From: Cladosporium halotolerans
Taxonomy: Eukaryota
Reading direction: 5' to 3'
Assembly (NCBI RefSeq): GCF_011745625.1
Contig: NW_027191499.1
Span: 62,001-126,000 of the forward strand
Length of the DNA stretch: 64,000 nucleotides
Under the pieces are notes generated by a model. The model searched no databases and was not told the origin of the DNA. It was given only the letters and a program-made list of their open reading frames with translations. This document shows positions 1-13,365 of the stretch, in pieces. Position 1 is the first letter of the stretch; every line of letters starts with the position of its first letter. A program made the position numbers and the translations under genes.

Positions 1-415
1 ATCGCGATGAAGGGCTTAGCAACCGGGACTGAGATTGAGCCATAAACGAAAATACAAAGCGGACTGCAACAAGCTGCTCTGCCACTGTGACGATGAAGCG
101 ATGGAGAAGACGATGCACCTCTGGAGATCAGGCTGAGGGCATCATGCCAGCTGCTGAAGCGGCCTCGCTGCCTCTACTACATGCTCCATTCTCCCTACTC
201 AGGCAGCATCGCTTAAGCAGGGCTTGCTTGCGCCACGCCCACTGGCTGACCACCTGCAGGGCGTCTCGGCTGAACAGCTCAGCTACGAGTACAGCTGAGC
301 AAGGAAAGGCGCAGAAAGGCGTTCGTGCATCGGAGACCTCCCCCGGTCTAGATTTTGGTCGACCCGAACGATTTGCTGAAAGACCATGCGTGCAGGCAGC
401 TTCCGGCTCTCGTGG

Positions 416-812
416 CTAGACAAATTCCGTTCTTCGATCTTCGATCTTTCGCCTCAGATGATTCGAATAGAGTCTCAGTGAAACAAGCACCACCTCGAAG
501 CCATAGAGCAGATAGTTGGTCTGGCTTTGACAAACTTCGCTCGTGTTCCAAACGCGGCAAGAGCAAAAGTAGACCAGGAGGCATACGCCGATCGCTAGGA
601 TGTATCTAGTTTAGACGCAAGTCAGATTTGTGAGCTTGAGGCTGCTTCTGAATAACATACGAGACCAATTCAGAGAAGCTCAAAGGCTGGGTGTACCACA
701 ATAACAAGTCGTTGAAGTCTTTCGTGAAAGACTTGGTGGACGAGTGTGCCTGTAGGCTTTCATCGAGGCGGGGTTGCTTTGTCGAGATCTCTGCGGTATT
801 TGATGCTACCAT
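416..812 (-). CDS. Small two-exon hypothetical membrane protein (113 aa)
   Basis: Intron 606-660 (GTATGT..CTGAC..TAG) joins ORF 812-661 in frame to 605-416. Product has hydrophobic segments YILAIGVCLLVYFCSC and YLLYGFEVVLVSL. No recognisable family. Confidence 0.45.
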
Positions 813-1165
813 CTTTCACTGATGGCGACGAGGAGACCGTGAGGAATTTGTGTACACGAAGAAATCCTCGTTTGGAAAATGAAGTTCGGAACAGCTTGAG
901 TGGCAGGTGAGTGGTCGAGAAGATTGACATTCTCCAATGATGAAGCCGAAAAGCGACCGCAGGATTGTGCAATTTGTGGGTCTGACCCAGAATACTTGTA
1001 TAAGCGAGATGCCTTTTTGTGTTCAGTCAAACTTGGCTGGGAAAAATTCGAGAGAATGATCTATTGCCGCGAATCTAACAGGGTTATTGTCTCACGAAAA
1101 GTCCATACAAAGAGTGGACCATGCAAAAGCCGACGAAAGCATCTTCCACCGCGGACGCAGCCGCC

Positions 1166-2812
1166 TCACTTCAGCGACAACTCAATGTTCGGCACCAGAT
1201 ACGGCAGCACATCACCCCGGTGCATCGTCATCTGCTCATACGCATACGCATACCCGATCAAGTCCCGCTCCGACCACTTGGCTCCCATGAACGACAGACC
1301 GAACGGAATACTCGGCCCGCCAATCACCAGCGTGTCTCTGCTGTTCCTGGTCACGTTCCAGTCGCCAGGATAAAAGCCCATGGGTACAGTCACGACAGGA
1401 CTTCCCACCAGCGCCGCGATCGAAGGGCTGAGCTGCGTCGGCAGCAGCACGGCGGATGTGTTGGTACGCTCCAGCGCGCCGAGGATTCCGCCTTCGCCGC
1501 CGTAGTAGAGATTCGCTTGGTAGGCGTCCCAGAAGCGCGGGTCGGTGTTGTCCCAGCCTTGGGTTAGGGCGCCGTCGGCACCGTCCCAGATGGCCGTGTC
1601 GCGGTTGGGGTATTCCTCTGCCGGAAAAGCGTGCGTGAAGGCTGTGAGTTGGGCGAGGTCGGTGATGTTGTTGGGGTTGTAGGTCAGCGAGCTGAGATAG
1701 GTACGGAGGTTGGCCAGGAAGTCTGCGTTCAAGACGAGGGTGGAGTTGCCGTCTGAGAGGTAGTCTTCGAAGGCCGTGAAGTTCGCGTCGACGATTGTTG
1801 CGCCGGCGGCTTCGATTTCGGAGACGGCTTGGTGGAAGGCTTCAAGGACGGGCTCATCGACGGCAGAGCCGTAGAGATCGAGGACGTTGCGCGCTACGCC
1901 GATGCGGACGCCTTGCAGCGAGTCTTCCTTGCATGCAGAGACGTAATCGGGAATGGAGCCATTGTCGGGGATTGCAGACGTGTAGTTGTCATTGCTGTCA
2001 AAGCCAGCGATTGCCTGCAGAATGTGGGCGGCATCTTTAACCGTCCTGGTCATTGGGCCCACGGTGTCCTGGTGCTCGGAGATGGGAATCACCAAATGTC
2101 TCGACGTGAGTCCGACGGTCGGCTTGATGCCCACCAAGTTGCTAACGTCGGCAGGACTCAAAATCGAACCACTGGTCTCACTTCCAAGGGAACCCAGCGC
2201 CAGTCCAATGGCACTCGCCACACCAGACCCTGATGAGCTGCCACTCGGATCCTGCTGTGGATAGTAGACACCGTTGGTCTGCCCACCATACGCGGACCAG
2301 CCGTTGGTGCTGTTGTTAGAGCGGTAGTTCGCCCACTGGCTCAGATTAGTCTTGCCCAGGATCACAGCACCTGCTTTCCTCAGCTTCGTCGCAATCGTAC
2401 TGTCTCCTTGCTTCGCACCCCTCAAGGCGAACGAGCCGGCAGTGTTGTTCATCAAGTCATCTGTGCCGATGTTGTTCTTGATCAAGATGGGAATGCCATG
2501 CAGAGGGCCGAGAACAGTTCCATTCTTTCGGAGAGCATCAGCGTGCGCTGCGATAGACAGCGCATCTGGGTTGAGCTCGGTGACAACATGGAGTGTGCTG
2601 TTGACTTGATGGATGCGTGCGCTGTAGGCTTTCACGAGGTCGACGGAGGTGAAAAGATTGCTCGATAGACCGTCGACAAGGTCATCGAGGGTAACTTCCA
2701 GCAGAGAAGGAAAGTTCGTGGCATTCAGCGAAGAGCTGGGGTAGGGAGGGACAGCGAGTGCTGAGACGAGCGAAAGCGTAGTAAGGAGGGCGGGAAAGAT
2801 GAACGGACGCAT
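1166..2812 (-). CDS. Secreted amidase-signature family protein
   Basis: Signal peptide MRPFIFPALLTTLSLVSALA. Motifs LHGIPILIKNN, GKTNLSQWA, GSSSGS and GSETSGS (Ser-cisSer-Lys triad). Intronless. Confidence 0.92.
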   Translation of the reverse strand: MRPFIFPALLTTLSLVSALAVPPYPSSSLNATNFPSLLEVTLDDLVDGLSSNLFTSVDLVKAYSARIHQVNSTLHVVTELNPDALSIAAHADALRKNGTVLGPLHGIPILIKNNIGTDDLMNNTAGSFALRGAKQGDSTIATKLRKAGAVILGKTNLSQWANYRSNNSTNGWSAYGGQTNGVYYPQQDPSGSSSGSGVASAIGLALGSLGSETSGSILSPADVSNLVGIKPTVGLTSRHLVIPISEHQDTVGPMTRTVKDAAHILQAIAGFDSNDNYTSAIPDNGSIPDYVSACKEDSLQGVRIGVARNVLDLYGSAVDEPVLEAFHQAVSEIEAAGATIVDANFTAFEDYLSDGNSTLVLNADFLANLRTYLSSLTYNPNNITDLAQLTAFTHAFPAEEYPNRDTAIWDGADGALTQGWDNTDPRFWDAYQANLYYGGEGGILGALERTNTSAVLLPTQLSPSIAALVGSPVVTVPMGFYPGDWNVTRNSRDTLVIGGPSIPFGLSFMGAKWSERDLIGYAYAYEQMTMHRGDVLPYLVPNIELSLK

Positions 2813-3571
2813 TTTGCCTGCTAGCAACCGCTGCTCGACAACCCACAATCCAGTGAGACCTGTCGCAAAGCAGACACCTAGTGGGCGAGCTCCATAGACG
2901 TTTATATCGTGCTCGCACTCACATACCTCCGATGTAGGTGAGCCATGGCCGCATCATGCTCTTCGATAAGATCCCGAGAGTATGTTCAAGCTTCGGAGAT
3001 GTAGGTTGAGAGCTCGTCCTGCCTAGAATGGAAGTGCTTGGTGCGTCTCAAACCCTAGTCGATCTGACCCTACTCGAGTATCGTGCCGGCAATTGCGCAG
3101 TCCATGCTGTAGATCTTGATTATGTCAGTGGTTGGGACGGGTTACCCAAGGAGCAGCTTTGCGCCAAAGACAGCCATTTTGATGAGCTGCAATACATGGC
3201 ATTTTTCGTGGTTTTTCTTTGTTATTCAATTGGTCTCGAAGGTTTCTAAATTGATGTGACAAAGTGGACGGAAGCCCGGCACGTTCTACTGGGGCGATCG
3301 CAGAAGTCAGACGTGCCATCATTTCTTGCCGAATTAGGCAGGTACTTTGCTATCCCTGGCATTATCAAGCCCCACGATCCGGCGGATCTGCATTTCGGCT
3401 AATGGAAGGAATTCCACGTGCGGGCCATGCAGACGGACATGGAAAAGTTTTATTGACGAGTGGATTCCGCATCTTCAGACAAGATCACTAAGGACAAGCG
3501 TTGAGCATACTACCATGTCTGCCAAGCCACTTTTCGTCATGCGCGGCAAAAGATAAGGAAACAAACATTGA

Positions 3572-5646
3572 CTAAGCGGTTGCTTTTGCCAGTGGAGCAA
3601 AATCCCAATCTTCCTTGATCAGATCCGCCGCTTTCTCTGCCACCGAGTACACCGACGAGACACAATTGCCAGACACATGGTTAGGGAACACACTTGCGTC
3701 GGCGACCCGCAGATTCCGCACACCCTTGACGCGCATTCTCGTGTCGAGCGCGTCGCCTACTGCGCAAGAGCCGACGGGGTGGTATTCGGACATGATGAGG
3801 TCGTAAACCGCGGCTTCGGCTTGCTTGGTATCTGACAAGTCCGCGCTGTCTTTGGGGAACGTGCGTTTCGCGATCTTGCCCTCCAGAGCCTTGGAATTCT
3901 CGACCTTACCGAGCATCTTCACGCCGGCGGCGAGGACGGCAGCATCGGCTGGGTGGGTGAGGAAGCCGGGGTCGAGAGTTGGGTGCTGGGTGGGATCTGC
4001 GCTCTTGATGTGCACGGAGCCACGGCTGAGAGGGTATTGCAGGCACATCGCGGCGGTAATGCTCATCGGTTTGCCTGGCTCGACAGGCGGCCAGAGCTTC
4101 GATTGATCTTGGATGCCTTCGTCGTAGCCGGCTCCGTGGCAGACCAACACGAGCTGGAGGTTTGCAGACTTGTCGTCTTTGAGGTGCTCTGCAGTACGCT
4201 CATACTGCTTCCTCTGGAAAGGTGTGAGGTTGGGCATGCTGTCTTCGATGGACTTGAGGACTTTGGCCTGCTCTTCCTCGGTGGCAAAAAGCTTTGTTGT
4301 GTGAGCACAGCTTCACTTCATCTCCACCGTTATATCAGCTACACGTACCTTGTAAGGGAAAAAACCCTGAGTGCTGGAGATACCGGTGAGAGGACCTCCT
4401 TGGGTTGCCATGAGCTGCTTCTGAGCTTCCTGCATCACTTCTGGGTCGTATATGACCTCTAGCGTTGGCTGACCCGGCGTCAACTCCCAAGTCACAAGCT
4501 GGGCACGTTAGCATAAGTTCCATGGTGGCAATTGAGGCAGACTCACGGTCAGCGAATGATCCTGAAGGTTATTGCCGACGCCCTTGTTCGCGACTTTGCA
4601 CTCAACGCCGGCGGCTCTCAGCACGTCTGGATCTCCAATGCCAGAAAGCTCGAGGATCTGTGGAGTCTGGATGGCACCACCCGTCACGATGACTTCGCGT
4701 TTCACGTCCACGCTGTAAGCTTTGGATTGACTGGAGAAGTTCACGCCAACTGCCTTGTCGCCCTCGAGCTTCACGGAAGAGACTAGAGCTTCGCAGAGGA
4801 CGTGGAGGTTCGGCCTCTGCGCGTTGGCAGCGAAATAACCTCGCGCGGCATAGCTGCGCTTTCCTTTGTCTGGGCCAGCTCGCACGACCGTGCCGAGTGT
4901 GTTGAAAAAGCCGATGTGATCGCCCGACCATCTGCATGAGAGTCAGTGAATTTGGCGTGGAAGAATGGTGAAATGCGTCGAGCTTACGGGTCGATTGGTT
5001 TCTTCGGAATGCCGGTCACCTCGTCACAGGCCTTCTGGAAGTCGTCCTCGATGGGGAGGAAGGTGTCATTGAACGAAGTGTGCACTGGGCCAGACGTTCC
5101 GTGATTTTTGTCCACGTACGGGATCGAGCTGCGATGCAGAACAGCCTCTGGGACAGGGTCAAGCGTCTGGTGCTTTCGCATGTACTGGTTCATCTTATCG
5201 CTGCCCCAAGTAGGGTCGTCCGCGATAATGGCCCAGTCGTCGTAGTCCTGCAGGCTTCCACGGACATACATCATGTAGTTGATGGCGCTGCTGCCTCCGA
5301 GTGCTTTGCCGCGAGGGATGTGGTGGACTTTACCCTTGTTGTTGGGCTGGGGCTCGGTCTTGAACTTCCAGTCGTACTCATCATGGTGAAGCATTTGGGT
5401 GAATGCAGCCGGGGTATCGACCAGCGGATCGCCCAGCTTGTTTTTGCCCGCTTCGAGGACACCCACTGTCACGTCTGGGTTTTCGGTGAGGCGAGCTGCT
5501 ACTGCTAGGCCAGCTGTTCCACCGCCGACGATGACAAAATCGTATTCATGTTTGAGGAAGTCCTCGGCGCTCTCGGCCAGAGCCGGAAGGTGAGCACCAT
5601 TGGTGTGGCCATTGGTATGGCCATTGACGCCGTTTGCATCACCCAT
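3572..5646 (-). CDS. GMC (AA3) FAD oxidoreductase, 4 exons, no signal peptide
   Basis: GGGTAG dinucleotide motif, RGKALGGSSAINYM, TPQILELSGIG, VGNNLQDH, YHPVGSC and LRVADAS across three short GT-AG introns. Confidence 0.92.
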
Positions 5647-5869
5647 GGTGGCAACTGTGGGAATGGTTTATATTCCAGAGTCGATGCGATACTGCAGGCT
5701 GAGCAGATGTCAGGAGAAATCCAGTTGTCCAAAGCTGCCACTTGGGCTGCATTTCCAGCAGCTCCTTATATCCATACGGTACCTCTACTGGCACCTTGCT
5801 GTTTACCTAGGCATACTGGTGATCCCCGCATCAGCTCAACAAGCTTCGGCGCTACAACCACGGGACCCT

Positions 5870-6600
5870 GTATAGAGTTCTAGAGCGCGTCTATAAGCCA
5901 ACCGAAGGGTCTCGGAATCCTACTCGCTCTCGGTGTCCATAGCCGCAACCTCACCTGACGCGGACGGTCTTGGATGGCGGGTCGAAGCGACTGGCGGGTG
6001 CAGCGCGTACCGTGTCGGCAAGTCGTTCACGGCTTTCTATGCGAAGGCTCGCTTTTGGTTTCATGCTTTCTGGACCTTTAGCGCTTGCTTTCGGCCAATA
6101 CCGAAGGATCGGCCTAAGGGAATTAGTTGTTCATGGCCCTGATGCCTGCCACGTCGATACCCCACATTAGGGGCCGGAGTTGGTCGGGGTCGACTCCTAG
6201 CTAGGTACCTTAATGTGAGGAGTACTTCAGGGTTTCTTGCAATATCAGGAGCTCCTGGCGGTACGCTGCCGCCGAATCTTCTCCGTCATAGCGGCAGCAT
6301 TCCTCCAAGGCAACTTCGCGCGGCTATCGTTTGGCCCAGGCGCTTCGTGCTGCGACGTCCGTGTAAGCTTGCGATGAAAGTAAGGTTGTCATCCAGGGTA
6401 CCTATTCCGCCAGATAAAGGATTTAGGCCTATCACACACTCCGAGTGCAGCTCGGCGTTGTTCGAGTAGTGGCAGATAGGGAGAGGAGATTTGCCTGCCA
6501 CGACCTGGGAAGATGTTTGGACGCGGATGTCCGACGATTAGGGTTAGGGTTGGGGTACTGCTCCTCAGAGGTGCACTGTTGCACATTGCATCCTTGTGCA
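5870..6600 (-). ncRNA. Candidate structured ncRNA with a telomere-template-like motif; boundaries and strand uncertain
   Basis: AACCCTAACCCTAA on the minus strand at 6538-6551, many inverted repeats, and no credible ORF. Confidence 0.3.
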
Positions 6601-7084
6601 GGCGTCTACTATTATGCCACCCTCAATACGGCCAGTCTTTTTGCTTTACACATAAAAGAATAACATCCAAGTCTTATCGACCGATCAAACGCAGCGTGCT
6701 AATAGTGGTTTCGCAGATCTCCTGCATGGGACGGTATGTGACAAGCTTCGGGAAAGCCTATCATTACACATGTTCATATGGCTGGCTGTCCTGTTTGTCT
6801 GGGGTGACCAACACGCAACTCGTGTGATTTACCTGTTCCAGAATGCCTTGGAAGTAAGTCCACAGGTCCACTGTACTTCATGATGTGTTTTCCAAGTTCA
6901 AATCGCTGGAGCCTGGCGATCGCAAGTTCTGTTGTTGAACAAGGACCTTCGTACATCACTGGGCAATACAAAGCATTGCAACCAAACCCTCAAGATGACC
7001 GAGATGAAGAGTTCGCTATTTGTTCGCTATCGGCTGCGTTACTAACTTCAATAGTAGACGACCCACAGCACGACCCTTCCAAAC

Positions 7085-8622
7085 TCAAGTCGTCACATAC
7101 AACCCCGCCACAGCCCCATTCTGCAACACCTCGAACATCACGCCCGGAAACTGGAACAACCTCACATTCCCCAACCACGCTTCGCTTCCCCTCGCCCCGC
7201 CATCGTCCGCCTCGTCTCTGTCCTGATCAGGTAGGAAAAAGCCGCTATCCATCGGGTCATCCCAACAGCGATTGATGACGCGACCCATGGCCGTCTGCGG
7301 GTCTCTGGCAGCGGACGTGTAGGTCTGCAGGAGAACGGGCTTGAGTTCGGATTCGAAGTGGCTTTCGGAGTGTAGGAGCTGGTCTGCGGACGGTCGTGAG
7401 GGGGGGAGCTCGAGTGTCCAGCGCAGGCGCCGGTGTCGGTTGAACGCCGCGCTGCCGGGCACGTTGCCTTGGACCACGACGCGTTTGACGACGAGGTCGG
7501 GATTTGTGCCGTTGCTCATGCGGCTCGGTTCGTTGTCGCCTGGTGGGCCGACGAGGATGTCCATGCCGTGGCTGAAGTAGCACCAGTAGGCTGCGCGGTT
7601 GGCGCGCTCGGCGGGGTCTTCATCTGCGTCTTCGGAGTCGAAATCAGTCTCGAAGCTGTCTGTGTTGGTCGATGAATAGCTTGACGGCTGCGAGCCGGGA
7701 TGCAAGCGGCTTCCTGATCTGGGGCGGGTGGTGCTGCCTGTGCGTTTGTGGGTGGTTTGAGCGGGCGCTGTGTCTTTGATGGTGGGCTTGAAGGTAGCGT
7801 CGGGTGCTCCTAGCTCGGTGACGAGATCCTGGGGAGTAGTTTTGTTCAGAACTATGGTGAAGGGCGGCGCCGGGTGCCGTCGCTCGAAAGTTACCCTCTT
7901 GCCAGGCTCAACGCTGGCGGACTCAATCTCTGCAGGCAAGTTGTCGCGCGGTCTAGCAGCCAACGTAGTCGATCTAGGGCCGGTAGGCTCTCTCACGAAG
8001 AGTTCCTTTCTCGTGTCAGACCACGTCTTGCCTTCAAAGATGGCCATGTGAGCCGCGGGACCAGCGGCTTGGGAGCCGAGCAACGAGACATGATCCTTCT
8101 CGGGAGACCAAGCCGAATGTTGAAGAGGGAAGTTGAAGGCTATACCAGGCCAACTTAAGACGTAGGTTCCTTCGCTTTTGCCAGCGGACGGTGCCATGTA
8201 TTCTCCTGGGTATGACGCGCCGAACATCTGGTAGACCCGCTTGAAAGCAGGCCCAGCGGCAGACGAGGTTATCTCTTGAGAGCGGACCAGCTCCATGCCC
8301 TTGTACACCAGTGTACTCTTCTTCAGGTCGGTAACCTCGATCAGACGGAGACGCTGGTCGGCGCCGTCGAAGCGAAGACGGAGCCCATTATGGGGCAAGG
8401 TGATCACGACGGGCGCCGTGAGCGGGTCGGACTGGGAGAAGTGGACGTCGATGCTGGTGAACAGGTCTTTATCGGCGGCTATGGTGGTAAGGATGTCTTG
8501 GAGGGCGGCTCCCAGGGCTATCTCGAAGTTAGCGCGCACCGAGACGATGTTGATTGCAAGAGATACGCACTCATGAAGCCTAGGGCGTGGCCTGGCTGAA
8601 TCGCCCAAGAGTCAGACGCCAT
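7085..8622 (-). CDS. UPF0183 (C16orf70/PHAF1-like) family protein, 494 aa
   Basis: Exon 1 MASDSWAIQPGHALGFM, intron 8518-8570. Motifs GLRLRFDGADQRLRLIEV, FGASYPGEY, TTPQDLVTELGAP and YFSHGMDIL. Confidence 0.85.
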
Positions 8623-9241
8623 GACGATCTCCAGGAGGGGTCAGTGGATGTTGCTGAGGCAGATGTGGGTGAGGTAGGTATCGTGTCAAGGGTATCGCGT
8701 ATGGTCACGGGGGGTGTAGTGGCAGGATGCGATCCTCCACCTTCATGGCGGCAGCAATCATGTGCACATTGTCTCGGGCAGTGGTAGGAATGTTTGCTTG
8801 GTGAATACGATGGACGATGTCGTGAGAGTCAGTGCTTGCGCCCTGTCTAGCCTGTATGGTGTTTGCTCAGGAAACAGTAGGAGAGAGGCGAGTGGAGGCT
8901 CTCAGGCAGATGCGAGATAGCGGCGCATCGCGGTGATGACATGCCCACACACCACAACAAGCTCCCCGCCAGCCCACCGAGCCCACCTGCGCCTCCACCG
9001 CCTGTCAAGTCCCGTGATCCGACACCAAGCGGGGCCTCGCCTCACCTTCCTGCCGCGTCTCTGCAGCCACAAAGCTCCTTCAGCCGCGCTGCGGCCAGCC
9101 AACGGCCACAGCTCCCGGCTGTGTTGATTTGTTTACGCTAGCGCGCATGCGCATGCTGCAGCGCCTTGCACCACACTCTCCCGAGGCCTCATACACCACA
9201 CATCCCGGCACTGCTGAGCTCACCTCGGCCGCCGACACAGT

Positions 9242-12200
9242 ATGGCCGCACCTAACCAGCGCATCGCCGCTGGCACAACCACCAAGAAGGTGCCCACCAT
9301 GCGACCCCCCACCACGCGCCCCGGCCCCAACAGAGCCCAAACTGCCACTCCCACCCTGAACGGCAGAGCATCGCCCACAGAGTCGCTCGCGTCTTCGCGG
9401 CAACGAACGCCAAAGCGCAAGGCGCATTCGGAGATGGAGTTGCCTGGAGGCGAGGAGACCAACATTAACGTCGTCGTGCGATGCCGAGGACGCAACGACC
9501 GCGAGGTGCGCGAGAACAGCGGCGTCGTTGTCGCGACGAACGGCGTCAAGGGTTCTCAGGTCGAGCTTTCGATGGGACCGAGCGCCGTGAGCAACAAGAC
9601 GTATCAGTTCGACAAGGTCTTCTCTCCTGCTGCCGACCAAGGCATGGTCTTTGACGAAGTCGTGGCACCGATCCTGGACGAGGTACGGCTTGATATCATT
9701 GCATGGTATGACGAGACGACTGACTTACCCGTGCCTAGGTTCTCGATGGATTCAACTGCACTATTTTTGCGTACGGCCAGACCGGTACTGGCAAGACATA
9801 CACAATGTCCGGCGACATCTCCGACATGCTTCCCATTCCCGACGGAGCTGGTATCGTGCCGCGAGTACTGAACAGCTTGTTCGGTAAACTTGGAGATGAC
9901 GAGGGCGAGACCGGCGAGCACAGCGTCAAATGCTCGTTCATTGAACTTTACAATGAAGAGCTGCGCGACCTTCTCTCTCCGGACGACGCGACAAAACTGA
10001 AAATCTACGATGAGGCGAACAAGAGTGGCCGCGCATCCACAATGGTGCAGGGTATGGAAGAGACGCATATTAAGAGCGCGTCCAGCGGTATCAAGCTCCT
10101 GCGGGATGGCAGCCACAAGCGACAGGTCGCCGCGACCAAGTGCAACGATCTGTCATCTCGCTCGCACACCGTCTTCACAATCACAGTATACATGAAGAGG
10201 ACGTCTGATGCTGGGGAGGACTACGTTTCGGCTGGCAAGCTGAACCTGGTCGATTTGGCTGGCTCCGAGAACATTCAGCGATCTGGAGCCGAAAACAAAC
10301 GCGCCGCAGAAGCTGGTTTGATCAACAAGTCGCTTTTGACTCTTGGACGTGTCATCAACGCACTTGTCGACAAGAGCAGCCACATCCCTTACCGTGAGTC
10401 TAAGCTCACGCGTCTGCTGCAAGATTCGCTTGGTGGTAGGACGAAAACCTGCATAATTGCCACCTTGTCTCCTGCAAAGAGTAACCTGGAAGAAACAATT
10501 TCGACACTCGACTACGCATTCCGCGCGAAGAACATTAGGAATAAGCCCCAAGTCAACCAGACTGTCTCCAAGAAGACACTGTTCAGAGAATTCACTGGAG
10601 AAATCGAGAGGCTCAAGTCAGAGCTCATCGCAACTCGTCAGCGCAATGGCGTGTACCTGACATCTGAACGATTCGAAGAGATCACGACCGAGTCCGAGAG
10701 CCGGAGGATACTGTCCGAGGAGCAGCGGGACAAGATCGAGACTATGGAAACGAACCTGCGAAACAAAGTCCAGGAGCTCTTCGCCCTGACTACGAACTTC
10801 CAAAGTATGAAGAAGAACAACGAGCAGATCAAGCTGGCCCTGGAAGGAACCAAGAGCGTCTTGGAGAAGACGGAGATAGTGCTCGGACACACCAAGACCT
10901 CTCTGGAGGAAGAGACGTACCTACGCGAAGCTCACGAGCTGACGGAAGGGAAGCTCGCGGGTATTGGTGAGGATCTCATTGGAACACTCGGAACGACGAC
11001 GGATCACATTGAGCGTCTCCATTCGAAGCTGAGGAGGAGGTCGGACCTTCAGTCTACGAACAGATCCAAGTGGGCCGAGTCCAGGACTATGGTTTCGGGT
11101 ACGACTCTTTCAGTCGAGCAGCGCATTGAGGCTTTGCGAAGCCAGCAACAGGAGCTCCTTTCTGGCCTTTCTGGACGTATGCAATCTTTCGTCTCAGACG
11201 AGCTGCAGGAGCTGCAATCGTCCCAGGCGTTTCTGCAGGAGAAGGCGGACGCGTTCCAACGTTCCGAGGCTGAGGTCAACGCGCAGAACGCGGAGAGCAA
11301 GGAGGACCTCAACAAAGTGCTGGAAGAGATCAAGACTCTGCGAGAGGATGTCAAGGAGAAGGTTGGCTCTGGACTGAACGACTTGTCCGCGGCTGCGCAA
11401 CGTATCAGCGCCGGTATCAGCACGGAGCTTGACGCTTTCCACACCCAGCTACAGGATTCCTACGTCTCTCTTGGACGTGAGTTCAAAACCATCTTTGAGG
11501 ATGTCATTAGGCGCATGTACGAGCAGCAGGCTGAGGCACAGAGGCTCAGGGAGCAAATGGCATCGGCAGGCGAGGCGTATGCCGAAGCCAGCAGGGTTTC
11601 CCAGGACCAGCTGCAACAGGCACTTGATGATGAGCGCCAGACCGCGGCCGTGGAGCGTTCCACTCTCCTCGAGAACATCTCCAACCTGATCAACGAATCT
11701 GCCATGGCGCAAGAGGCCCGGATGTCTAGTCACATGGAGATTGCCGACAAGCGTGTCAAGACTTCCGAAGACGAGTATCGAGCAGCCGCGCAAATATACG
11801 GTGATGGCATGGACGCCTGGAACGGCAACTCTCGCGCCCTCATCGAGTCTTCGGTGCAATCCAGGGAGAGCATTAAGTCCAGACTCAAAGGCGACTGGGC
11901 GTCGGCGAACGAGCACACGACAAAGATCACCGACACGACTCATGCCGTGCACGGCGAGACCGTCCGCATCGTCGACGGCCAGATGGCCCAGATGGACAAC
12001 CAGCTCGCCGCCCTCGACGAGATCGTCGCCCGGGTCAAGGCGCAGAACGAGGAGCACCACAAAGCACACACTTCCAGCCTTGCTCAACTGTCCGGCAACG
12101 TTCAAGAAAGCTACACCAGCATCGGCGCCCATTTCGAGACTTCCTATGACCGCACCAAGGCCTTGGACAGCGACATGCAACAGCGTACCTCCGCTCTGCA

Positions 12201-12969
12201 AGAGACACTGCCCAGCCTCGACGCCGACAGCGATATCCGCGCGCCCCTTCGCACCATGCGCGACGAGGTCACCGCCGCCCAGATTGCCGAGTACCAAGCG
12301 ACGGGCCAAACGCCTGCGAAGACTCACTACGCCTACCCCAACTCTCTCCCGCGCACAGAAGATCACGAGAGCCTCCTCGACCGCTTCCGCGGCGGCACAG
12401 GCACCACCTCGCAATCCACCAAACGCCCAGCTTCGCCTCTCAAGCCTTCGTCGCCCAGCAAGCGCTCTCCTAGGAAGATGATGCGCACCGCTCCCAGCAG
12501 CCCGACCAAGACTTCCGCCAAATCCAGTCCGACCAAACCCCTCGCCGCCGCCGGCAGCAGCAGCCCGACCAAAACCCACGTCTTCACCGACACCCCGCCT
12601 GTCCTCAAACTGCCCCAGCCCTCTTCTTCGGCTCCTACGACACGCCCCGGCTCATCGCACGGAAACCCCCCGGCTGACGGCACGCTCCGCGAAGTCGACG
12701 TCAACGTCGCCGCAAACGCGACTGTCGCTCCCAAGGACGAGCCTCAGGACGAAGAGCCTGAAGGCGGCGCGAAGCCTTCTGAGATCCCACCGCTGAAGAG
12801 GCAGTACACTCACCCGCCGCCTACGAGTAAGGATGGTGTGGCGGAGAGTAAGTTGCCGATGAAACGGAGGACGGTCGCGGGGCTTGCTGTTGAGGGCAGG
12901 GAGAACCTGAGTCTTGGGAGAGCTGGGACGGGGAGTAGGAGGACTTTGAGGCCGAGGGGAAGTAATTAG
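9242..12969 (+). CDS. bimC: Kinesin-5 (BimC/Eg5) mitotic motor
   Basis: Intron 9683-9738. P-loop AYGQTGTGKT, SSRSH, LVDLAGSE, HIPYRESKLTRLL, long coiled coil and BimC box TGQTPAK. Confidence 0.96.
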
Positions 12970-13365
12970 GCCTTTTGATGGGGAGTGAGGGGAGGTTCTC
13001 TTTTGTTTGGACCGAGGGGACATTTGCCAGTTCGCTAACTGCGTAGCCTTCGCTGTTTTCGTTGAGTCGGGATTCTTTGTATACAGTTTCAAAATGCACG
13101 CTCGTTTGCGTGGTTGTCCTTCAACCTTTCTCTGATTTCTTGTTGATCTTTCCTCAAAGTCGTCCAGTCAGACATCAGCCTTGCACTTCTTCTGCACAAT
13201 CGCAGTCACCATTACAGACCGCTCCGAATAGTAAACGTGCTTAGTGCGAGCACGGATGAAAGAACGAGAAATGCATTACAACTCTGTACATTGTTCCGCT
13301 TCGTAACCCCACATGAACCACTCCCATGCAAAAATTCTCATCTAGTAGCCCCACGTAAACCGACC

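Noticed and set aside
11449..12579. 376-aa minus-strand ORF
   Set aside because: Antisense shadow of GC3-rich bimC.
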